This document shows positions 36,810-44,919 of a stretch of DNA of 64,000 bases, in pieces. Every line of letters begins with the position of its first letter. Within the stretch, counting starts at the first letter, position 1. This DNA comes from Candidatus Pelethenecus sp. (lineage in GTDB: Bacteria; Bacillota_I; Bacilli_A; Acholeplasmatales; Anaeroplasmataceae), in NCBI GenBank assembly GCA_045121295.1, contig JBGVFV010000117.1, positions 5,349 to 69,348 of the forward strand, written 5' to 3'. Both the position numbers and the translations under genes were made by a program. Under the pieces are notes generated by a model that was not told the DNA's origin, did no database searches, and worked only from the letters and a program-made list of their open reading frames with translations.

Positions 36810-39725
36810 CTAATAATATTGTTCGATGTATTTGTATGCTTTATCAAAAACATCTACATCCTTAATTTTATATTTAATCCATACTACACTACGTAGAGCT
36901 TTTTTAACTTCTTGCTTACCAGCAGTAGTATTTTGCCAACCATCAAAACGAACTATTTTTACAATATCATCGATATCTTTAACAATTCTTTCAACAATGA
37001 TTGGAGTAGCTTTGTTTTTAACACTATTAAATAAATCAGTTAAAGCAGCTATACCTTTATCAATTTCTTCAGCAGGTACAACTTCTTTTTCTGCTTGTGC
37101 TGCTTCCTTTGCTAATTCTAATAATGTTTTTAAGAACTCAATACTTGTAATTAATCCTTGCTCATGTTTTTGTCTTAACGCTTCTAACTTTTCACCCAAT
37201 TTAACAAATCTAGGTTCATTAGCATGATCTAAAATTTTTGCAACTAAGTTAATTTCAATTTTTTTAGCTGCCTTTTTAGTATCACCATTTTTCTCAATAA
37301 AAGCGTCAATCATATCGGCATCTAGAGTTAAAATTTCTTCATTTTCATGAACTGTCCCAACTGATACATTACTATGTATCAATTCAATAGTTTTTGGTCC
37401 TAAAGCACTCCAAATTAATTTACCAGAACCATCAGTTGGCTTAACAGATTCATAAACTTTTGATAACCATTGATAGTCTACTCTATATGGTAATAAGAAA
37501 TCATCTGGTGATAAAGCATTCCAAACTCTATTTAACACACGATAATCCGCTGCAAATGCATCTTTTTCTTTATTTGTTGGAATACATTCTTGAGCTGCCA
37601 TTAATCCTTCCCAACCCATAACTGTTCTATCAACACCTAAGAAATAATCCAAACATTTCTTTAATAATGATGGTAATTGCTTTTTAACTTCTTGAATATT
37701 AGTAATAATTTTCTTCATTGAGCTTTCATCAAAATCTAGAGCTCTGGCAACATTATCAAAAATACCAGTATAATCAACAATTAAACCATGAGTTTTTCCA
37801 TCATCATATGTTCTATTTGTTCTACAAATAGCTTGAAGTAATGTGTGATCTTTCATAGGTTTATCTAAATACATTGCTTGAAGAATTGGAGCATCAAAGC
37901 CTGTTAATAATTTAGCGCATACTATAACCAGTTTTAAAGGATTTTTAGGATCTCTAAATTTATCTAAAAGTTTAGCTTCTTCGTCTCTATCTCTACGATA
38001 TTTTTTATATCTATCCTCTTTATCATTATTAGTATCAATAACAACTGTTGTTTCTTCTTCACCCATTAATTCATCAAGTGCTTCTTTATATCTTATACAA
38101 CATTCACGGTCATAACATACAATCTGTCCCTTATAACCATTTGCTTGAATCTTTTCACGGAAGTGTTTAACAATGTGTTCACACACTTTTCTAATACGTG
38201 ATGGGTTATAGAAGATAGCTTTAATGTTAACTCTAGATGACAATTCTGCTTTTTGTTCATCTGATAAACCCTCAGTTAATTCATCAAATGCAGCATCAAG
38301 ATTTTCTTGATCTACATGTAAATCTACTGGCACAGGTTCAAAATTAAGTGGTAAAGTTGCTTTATCTCTAATTGAATCAGCAAACGAATATTTACTCATA
38401 TAACCTGTTCTGTCTTCATTAGCGCCAAATGTCGCGAAAGTATTTCGGTCAATTCTATTAATTGGCGTTCCAGTCAAACCAAAGAAGAAAGCATTAGGTA
38501 ATGCTACACGCATCTTTTCTCCTAAGTTACCTTCTTGCGTTCTATGGGCTTCATCAACCATTAAGATGATATTATCTCTTCTATTTAATTCACCTTCTAC
38601 TTCACCAAACTTGAAGATTGTTGTAATTAAAATTTTTCTCATATCACCTTTAAAGAACGAAATTAATTCTTCTTTAGAACCAGCACTTGCCAAGTTTGGA
38701 ATATCAGATGCATTAAATGTTGCTGTAATTTGAGTTTCTAAATCAATACGGTCATCAACAATTACTACTGTAGGATTTCTTAACTCAGGAATCATACGTA
38801 ATTTTTGAGCAGCAAATACCATCAATAATGATTTACCAGATCCTTGGAAATGCCAAATTAGACCTTTCTTAGGATATCCTGCAATTACTCTTTGTACAAT
38901 CGCATTAGCTCCTTCATATTGTTGATAACGGCATATGATTTTGTATTTACGATATTTTTTATCTGTAGCAAATAACGTAAAGAACTGGAAGATATCCATA
39001 ACATTTTCAGGAGTGATCATATCTTCAATACTAACCTTAACATCAGCTAAAGTACCTTCTGTTTTATGGTCAGCAGTATGCCATGGACCCCAGTAATTTA
39101 ATGGGGCATTTACAGCACCATATCTAAAACACTTTCCTTCAGTTGCAAAGTTAAATACATTAGTTACAAACATTTGAGGAATACTTTTTTCATAATTTAA
39201 TATATCAGATGCCCCATCAACCCATGAAATAGCACTTCTTACTGGAGTTTTTAATTCACCAATTGCAACAGGAAATCCATTTACAAGTAATACGATATCT
39301 AATCTTTTACCGCCTTCTTCACATGGATATGACCATTGGTTAGTAACAACATATTCATTCTTAGCTAATTCTTCTTTAGTCATAGTTCCAAAGAATCTAA
39401 TAGGAACCATTCTACCATCTTTACCAAATGGATATGAATTTTCTTCAAAAATCCACTTCTTAAAAAGTTCATTTTGAGTTACTAAATTATGAGGTTGAAC
39501 TGAATTTATTAGTGTTCTTAATTTGTATATAACTTCATCTGCTCTAGACTGTTCTTCTGCTATTTCAGGATTTAATCTAATCAATGCTTTTTTTACCATT
39601 GATTCCACCATTACATCAGACAATTCACGTTCTAAATCATCAGGCGAAATATAATTCCAACCATTCTTTTTTAATGATGTTATAACTAATTGTTCTATTG
39701 TGTTATCTTCGTTAAAAATTGACAT
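36810..39725 (-). CDS. hsdR: type I restriction enzyme R subunit
   Basis: 971 aa with Walker A HFQGSGKSLL, the DEAH box MVDEAHRTQ, and helicase motif VI LQAICRTNR. Confidence 0.9.
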   Translation of the reverse strand: MSIFNEDNTIEQLVITSLKKNGWNYISPDDLERELSDVMVESMVKKALIRLNPEIAEEQSRADEVIYKLRTLINSVQPHNLVTQNELFKKWIFEENSYPFGKDGRMVPIRFFGTMTKEELAKNEYVVTNQWSYPCEEGGKRLDIVLLVNGFPVAIGELKTPVRSAISWVDGASDILNYEKSIPQMFVTNVFNFATEGKCFRYGAVNAPLNYWGPWHTADHKTEGTLADVKVSIEDMITPENVMDIFQFFTLFATDKKYRKYKIICRYQQYEGANAIVQRVIAGYPKKGLIWHFQGSGKSLLMVFAAQKLRMIPELRNPTVVIVDDRIDLETQITATFNASDIPNLASAGSKEELISFFKGDMRKILITTIFKFGEVEGELNRRDNIILMVDEAHRTQEGNLGEKMRVALPNAFFFGLTGTPINRIDRNTFATFGANEDRTGYMSKYSFADSIRDKATLPLNFEPVPVDLHVDQENLDAAFDELTEGLSDEQKAELSSRVNIKAIFYNPSRIRKVCEHIVKHFREKIQANGYKGQIVCYDRECCIRYKEALDELMGEEETTVVIDTNNDKEDRYKKYRRDRDEEAKLLDKFRDPKNPLKLVIVCAKLLTGFDAPILQAMYLDKPMKDHTLLQAICRTNRTYDDGKTHGLIVDYTGIFDNVARALDFDESSMKKIITNIQEVKKQLPSLLKKCLDYFLGVDRTVMGWEGLMAAQECIPTNKEKDAFAADYRVLNRVWNALSPDDFLLPYRVDYQWLSKVYESVKPTDGSGKLIWSALGPKTIELIHSNVSVGTVHENEEILTLDADMIDAFIEKNGDTKKAAKKIEINLVAKILDHANEPRFVKLGEKLEALRQKHEQGLITSIEFLKTLLELAKEAAQAEKEVVPAEEIDKGIAALTDLFNSVKNKATPIIVERIVKDIDDIVKIVRFDGWQNTTAGKQEVKKALRSVVWIKYKIKDVDVFDKAYKYIEQYY

Positions 39726-40227
39726 ATTTTAACCTCCTTGTAATTTTAAGTTGATTATATAAATGAAATTTCGATTTATCGCTTTGTTCAACAAATTGAA
39801 TAAATCTATTTTGTTCTAATATACTAGGAATAATAATTAAAGCATCAGTTAAATTTTCCATCTTAATATATTTTATTATTCCTCCTATTGCTTGTTCTTT
39901 TAAAACTGTTACATAATGTTCTAAAAAACGATAAAGGAATGGAACAATAACTTTATTTTTATCTTTAGATTCAACAATATAAGTTCTTTGATATGCATCA
40001 AACTTTCCATTATAATATTTTACATTTAATTCTCCATTACCAGCAACTAAAACACATTCACAATTATAACTATATGAATTAATTTTCAATATTTCTTTAG
40101 AACATGTAAAAAATGGATATATACCATCATTTGATGATGCATTTGCATCTAATTTGCCTGTTTGAATTTTAGTTAGTTCTCCAAGCTTATACTCTATACC
40201 TGTACCAGTTTTTTCCCAATTATCCAT
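39712..40227 (-). CDS. hsdS: hsdS half-gene / TRD2 cassette (single target-recognition domain)
   Basis: 171 aa ending with the conserved FVEQSDKSKF. The in-frame upstream codons read FKSQFISE (the central conserved repeat), starting directly after the recombinase stop codon. The RBS is weak. Confidence 0.7.
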   Translation of the reverse strand: MDNWEKTGTGIEYKLGELTKIQTGKLDANASSNDGIYPFFTCSKEILKINSYSYNCECVLVAGNGELNVKYYNGKFDAYQRTYIVESKDKNKVIVPFLYRFLEHYVTVLKEQAIGGIIKYIKMENLTDALIIIPSILEQNRFIQFVEQSDKSKFHLYNQLKITRRLKYVNF

Positions 40228-40252
40228 CTCACTGATAAATTGTGATTTGAAA

Positions 40253-41221
40253 CTATCCTATAAACTTTTTACAACTATTTTTTACGTTAATTTGGTTAAC
40301 CATTGCATATTGAAGTGTAGTATCAATACTTTGATGACCAAGTAAATGCTGCACTTGCTCTATAGGCATTCCTTTATCTATAGCCATTGTAGCTAAAGTT
40401 CGTCTAAATTTATGTGGATGGACTTTAGAAATCTTAGTTTTTTTTCCAATTTCCCTTAATCTTATCTCTACACCACTTATTAATAATCTATTATAAGGTG
40501 CTAACAAAGAAACAAATAAAGCTTCATTATTATCCTTTCGTTCAGATAAATATTTTTGCAAATGAATTTTAGTTCTGGCATCAAAATAAACTTTTCTTTC
40601 TTTATTTCCTTTTCCAAAAACAATACATTCTCTATTTTCAAAGTCAATATCCTTACGATTAAGTTTTACCAATTCTCCAACTCTCATTCCCGTTGATGAT
40701 AATAGATCAATTAATGCTAAATCACGCATATTTTCACATGAATCACGCATTATTTCTAATGATTCATCAGAATATGTTTCTTTCACTGTCCTTCCTGTTC
40801 GTATTTTATGAATTCTTCTCACAGGACTTTTAATAATATAATCCTCATCTTCCAACCACGAAAAGAAAGAAGATAGTATTCTTCGAACATTATCCATAGT
40901 AACTTTACTAACATCATTTGATGTTTGATATTGATCTAAATAATTTCTCAAATCTTCTGTAGTAATCAAATCTTCCTGTTTATTTATTTTTAATAACATA
41001 TTTCTTATAGTAGATTCATAATATCTTATAGACTTTTCAGAACATCCTTCTACTCTTTTTGCTGCAATAAAGCATTTTAATAAATCTTTACCTTCATTAG
41101 TTGAAGATTCATTTAATAATGAGATTAGGTTTTTTTCTAATACCTTTTCTACTTCTTTTATTTTGTTTTCTGAAATAATTCCAGATAATTCATTTATTAT
41201 TTTATTAATTATTTTTTTCAT
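40253..41221 (-). CDS. tyrosine site-specific recombinase (XerC/D-like) embedded in the hsdS cluster
   Basis: 322 aa with GMRVGEL, HPHKFRRTLAT and LLGHQSIDTTLQYA. Confidence 0.9.
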   Translation of the reverse strand: MKKIINKIINELSGIISENKIKEVEKVLEKNLISLLNESSTNEGKDLLKCFIAAKRVEGCSEKSIRYYESTIRNMLLKINKQEDLITTEDLRNYLDQYQTSNDVSKVTMDNVRRILSSFFSWLEDEDYIIKSPVRRIHKIRTGRTVKETYSDESLEIMRDSCENMRDLALIDLLSSTGMRVGELVKLNRKDIDFENRECIVFGKGNKERKVYFDARTKIHLQKYLSERKDNNEALFVSLLAPYNRLLISGVEIRLREIGKKTKISKVHPHKFRRTLATMAIDKGMPIEQVQHLLGHQSIDTTLQYAMVNQINVKNSCKKFIG

Positions 41222-41290
41222 AATATGCCTCCTTTTTGTTCCTCCGATGAGGTATTACCACGAGACGGAGGCACATCATGACCTATATGC

Positions 41291-42406
41291 TTATCCAAGA
41301 TTCTCTTGAATTATTTTTTTATATAATTTTTGTAGTTGTTCTAATGTTTTTTCTAATTCAAATTTCGATTTATCGCTCTGTTTAACTAGTTTAGTAAGAG
41401 AACAAACTTCTTCTTCATTAAATTCGCAAATCGAATAATCTAAAATATCACTATCTTTAATCGTAGGATACGTACTTCCTGTAGCACAATCAATCATTTT
41501 ATTTGTAAAATGATCTGTAGTAACAATAGTTCTTATTATTTCAGGTGAAATTTTTGTATTGGCTCTTAAAACACAAAATCCTGATGTACCAACTACATTG
41601 TTCTCTTCCAAATCATTAATAGTAATTTTTTTTAAATTAGGTCTAACTAATGAAACTAATACATCACCTAATTCTAAGACATATTTAGCACTACTTGGTG
41701 CATCTTTATATTTTATTTTAGTTGGAGAAACTATTTTTTTATTCACACCATCAATAGAAGATATTTCCACATAATTTATTTCACTGTCTTTATTAAATAA
41801 CTTAGAAGCATTAACTATATTATTTTCACATACGTCTCTTAATTTTAATGTTTTTTCTCTATTTGAAATCATCTCGATAAATTGTGATTTCACTAACTCA
41901 TCAGTTTTCTTAATTAAAAAACGATAGTTTTCGATTGTTTCATTCATCGACCATAATAATTCAGCTAATTTCTTTTGAGTATCAATATCTGGCAAATCAA
42001 ATTCTAATTCTTTTAAATCCTTCCAGTTTATTGTTGGAGATAAAGATCCTACAGAAATTTTAATAGCATTATCTAAGAAATAATCTGAACTAATAAATAA
42101 AGGAAAGAACTTTTCATCAATAACATCTGTTTTAGGTCTTAATACCATCCCGTGTGCAGAAAATATTCCGTCAAATGGTGCTATTGCTACTTTTTTTTGA
42201 TATGCTCTTCTTTTTCCAAAAAGAACATCACCTTTCTTCATTATTAATTTATCTCCAATTGGAGCAACTTCAGAACCATATCTAGATACTTTTAAAGTAC
42301 CAGAATCTAAATGTTCTAATCCTAAATAAGTATATTTATCTTCTTCTATAGGCTTTTTCTTTGCGGTCGAATTAATAGCAATATCTTCAAATTTATATCT
42401 TGGCAT
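41291..42406 (-). CDS. hsdS: type I R-M specificity subunit (two TRDs)
   Basis: 371 aa with LFGKRRAYQKK, the central TDELVKSQFIEM and the distal LVKQSDKSKFELEK. Confidence 0.9.
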   Translation of the reverse strand: MPRYKFEDIAINSTAKKKPIEEDKYTYLGLEHLDSGTLKVSRYGSEVAPIGDKLIMKKGDVLFGKRRAYQKKVAIAPFDGIFSAHGMVLRPKTDVIDEKFFPLFISSDYFLDNAIKISVGSLSPTINWKDLKELEFDLPDIDTQKKLAELLWSMNETIENYRFLIKKTDELVKSQFIEMISNREKTLKLRDVCENNIVNASKLFNKDSEINYVEISSIDGVNKKIVSPTKIKYKDAPSSAKYVLELGDVLVSLVRPNLKKITINDLEENNVVGTSGFCVLRANTKISPEIIRTIVTTDHFTNKMIDCATGSTYPTIKDSDILDYSICEFNEEEVCSLTKLVKQSDKSKFELEKTLEQLQKLYKKIIQENLG

Positions 42407-43427
42407 AATTGTTCACCTCCGAAAAAGTATAAAAGCATCTTTGCTTTATAATTTTCGATTTATCGCTTTGTTCAGCTAGTTTTATTATAGCATTTTGTAT
42501 TTCAATAATTGGGGTTTTAATTTCAATTTTCTCAACATAATCCTTTGAAATATGCTTAAGTCCACTACCTTTAAAACCATCTTGAAGAATCTCTAAATCT
42601 CTCCATAAATATAGATATGCGTACTTTGTTTTTATCCTGTCACCAAGAGTAAACACTATATTATCTGTTGTTGCTGAACATTTGCCAGCGTAATAATTTA
42701 TGGCTGCTTTTCCTCCAGTTGGAATAAATATAGATTCACCATCGTATAAATATTCATCAATCCATAATTTTTGTTCACCGCTACTATTAAAAAGCGGATA
42801 TTCACCTTCTATAGAACCATCTCTTGCTTGTATCTTAGATTTTGATTTATATTCTATAAAATCACCTAGACACAATGTATCATAACTATCACCTAACATC
42901 TCGATAAATTGTGATTTCACTAGTTCATCAGTTAAAGATAAAAGATTTTGATACGACTGCTTAGAATCCTCTATTGACCACAATAAATCTGCCAATTGTT
43001 TTTGCTTTTCTATTTCTGGTAACTCGAATTCAAATTTTTTTAATTGTTCCCATTTAACACGTGGTGATAAAGACCCAGCAGATTGAGCTACAGCATATTC
43101 AAATAACTTATCATTTTGAATGATAAATGGTAATAATTCAGGAAGAATTTTATCAGGTAATGCTTCTATTACTATAATATCACCTGAACATATCCCATCA
43201 AATTCAGCAAAGACCGCTTTTTTTAAATAAGCTCTTCTTCTTCCAAATAAAACATTTCCTTTTCTAAACATTTTAGTAAATGTTGTATCAACATTTACAT
43301 CATATTTTGTTAATTTTATTTGCATAGGAATTAGATGTTCTAAACCAACAATAGGCAGGTTGTCTTTATAAGTTTTTAATGATTCTTTATGTTCAATGGC
43401 AACATCGCCTAATTTAACTCTACTCAT
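42393..43427 (-). CDS. hsdS: type I R-M specificity subunit (two TRDs), second copy
   Basis: 344 aa with LFGRRRAYLKK, the central TDELVKSQFIEM and the distal LAEQSDKSKI. Confidence 0.9.
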   Translation of the reverse strand: MSRVKLGDVAIEHKESLKTYKDNLPIVGLEHLIPMQIKLTKYDVNVDTTFTKMFRKGNVLFGRRRAYLKKAVFAEFDGICSGDIIVIEALPDKILPELLPFIIQNDKLFEYAVAQSAGSLSPRVKWEQLKKFEFELPEIEKQKQLADLLWSIEDSKQSYQNLLSLTDELVKSQFIEMLGDSYDTLCLGDFIEYKSKSKIQARDGSIEGEYPLFNSSGEQKLWIDEYLYDGESIFIPTGGKAAINYYAGKCSATTDNIVFTLGDRIKTKYAYLYLWRDLEILQDGFKGSGLKHISKDYVEKIEIKTPIIEIQNAIIKLAEQSDKSKIIKQRCFYTFSEVNNYAKI

Positions 43428-44919
43428 TATAACTTACCTCCTCGCCTAATATTTTTTTTAATTTTTCATAGTTTATTCGCATTTCTTTAGATGCGTCAAA
43501 CCATAAATCATAATGTTGTTTAATAGTAAGTGTTTCACTTAACTCGTTTGAGGTGTTTTTAGTTACATAAAGAGGAATACTCAATGAGTAATTATTACAT
43601 TTTATATCTTGTATAGTTACAACCTTTGAAAACTCATCGATATCGTCATATTTTTCATATGCACTTGCAATCTTTATGATATGAGTTTCTTCTAAATAGC
43701 TTTGAGCATTCTTCCTTGTAACTTCATTTACTGCATTTATAAATAATACTTGACCTTTACGTTCATGTCTTTTCTTAGTTCTACAAATCATAATACATGC
43801 TTCCATAGGAGAATTATAAAATAAATTAGGACCAAGACCAATTATACATTCAAGTAAATCACTTTTTATAAGTTTTTCACGTATATCTTTTTCTTCATTT
43901 CTAAAAAGAACTCCATGTGGCAATAAAATAGCACACCTTCCACTTTCATCATTTAAACTTTTTAAAATGTGCTGGATAAAAGCATAATCTGCTCTGCCTT
44001 GAGGGGGGACACCTAAAAAATTTCTTCCATATTTATCGCTTTCAAAAGAAGTTCTATCCCATTGTGATATAGAATATGGAGGATTAGCTAAACACATATC
44101 AAATTTCTTTAACATACCATTTTCTATAAATGCTGGTGATCTAAGCGTGTCATCATTGACTATATTAAAATCTTTTACCCCATGAAGAAATAAATTCATT
44201 TTTCCTATTGCTGCAGTTAAAGAGTTAATTTCCTGACCGTATGCTGCTACATTTCTCCATTCCGCTCCTTTGCCCTTTAAATAAGCAATAGATGAAATCA
44301 ACATACCGGCACTTCCACATGTAGGATCATAAATAGATTCTCCGCTCTTTGGCTTTAAAATTTCAGTCATTAAATGTACAACTGTTCTATTTGTGTAGAA
44401 TTCTTGAGCTGTATGACCACTATCGTCAGCAAACTTTTTAATTAAATATTCGTAACCTTGACCTAATTCATCTTCAGGACAATTAGAAATAGACAATATT
44501 TTAGAACTAAAATGTTCTATGATATCTTTTAATAATCTATCTGGTAATCTATTCTTATTTGTCCAGGCAGCATCTCCAAATACTCCCACAAGCTTTTTTC
44601 CGTTTACTTTTTCTATTTTTCTAAATGCTGTAACAATCGCTAATCCAATGTCTGATGTAGTTTCTCTAACATCGTTCCAATGAAATCCTTTTGGAACTAT
44701 AAAAGTATGAAGCTCATCATCAGAAAAATCTAAAGCATCATTACCGTATTTTTGGAAAGCTTGTTCTGTTTCTTCATCATATACATCACAAATTCTTTTA
44801 AAAAACAATAAAGGAAATATGTATTGTTTATATGCACCTGCGTCAATATTTGTACGTAGCAATTGTGCAGAACCCCATAAATACGATTCTAATTCTTCTA
44901 ATGGTATTCTATTGTTCAT
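43420..44919 (-). CDS. hsdM: type I R-M N6-adenine DNA methyltransferase subunit
   Basis: 499 aa with IFPLLFFKRICDVYDEE, IYDPTCGSAGML and LANPPYSISQW. Confidence 0.9.
   Translation of the reverse strand: MNNRIPLEELESYLWGSAQLLRTNIDAGAYKQYIFPLLFFKRICDVYDEETEQAFQKYGNDALDFSDDELHTFIVPKGFHWNDVRETTSDIGLAIVTAFRKIEKVNGKKLVGVFGDAAWTNKNRLPDRLLKDIIEHFSSKILSISNCPEDELGQGYEYLIKKFADDSGHTAQEFYTNRTVVHLMTEILKPKSGESIYDPTCGSAGMLISSIAYLKGKGAEWRNVAAYGQEINSLTAAIGKMNLFLHGVKDFNIVNDDTLRSPAFIENGMLKKFDMCLANPPYSISQWDRTSFESDKYGRNFLGVPPQGRADYAFIQHILKSLNDESGRCAILLPHGVLFRNEEKDIREKLIKSDLLECIIGLGPNLFYNSPMEACIMICRTKKRHERKGQVLFINAVNEVTRKNAQSYLEETHIIKIASAYEKYDDIDEFSKVVTIQDIKCNNYSLSIPLYVTKNTSNELSETLTIKQHYDLWFDASKEMRINYEKLKKILGEEVSYNE

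Noticed and set aside
39765-42934. Regularly recurring ~25-37-nt repeats that could suggest a CRISPR-like array
   Set aside because: The repeats lie inside hsdS reading frames and encode the conserved KSQFIEM and EQSDKSKF segments. The spacing is about 1 kb and no cas genes are present.
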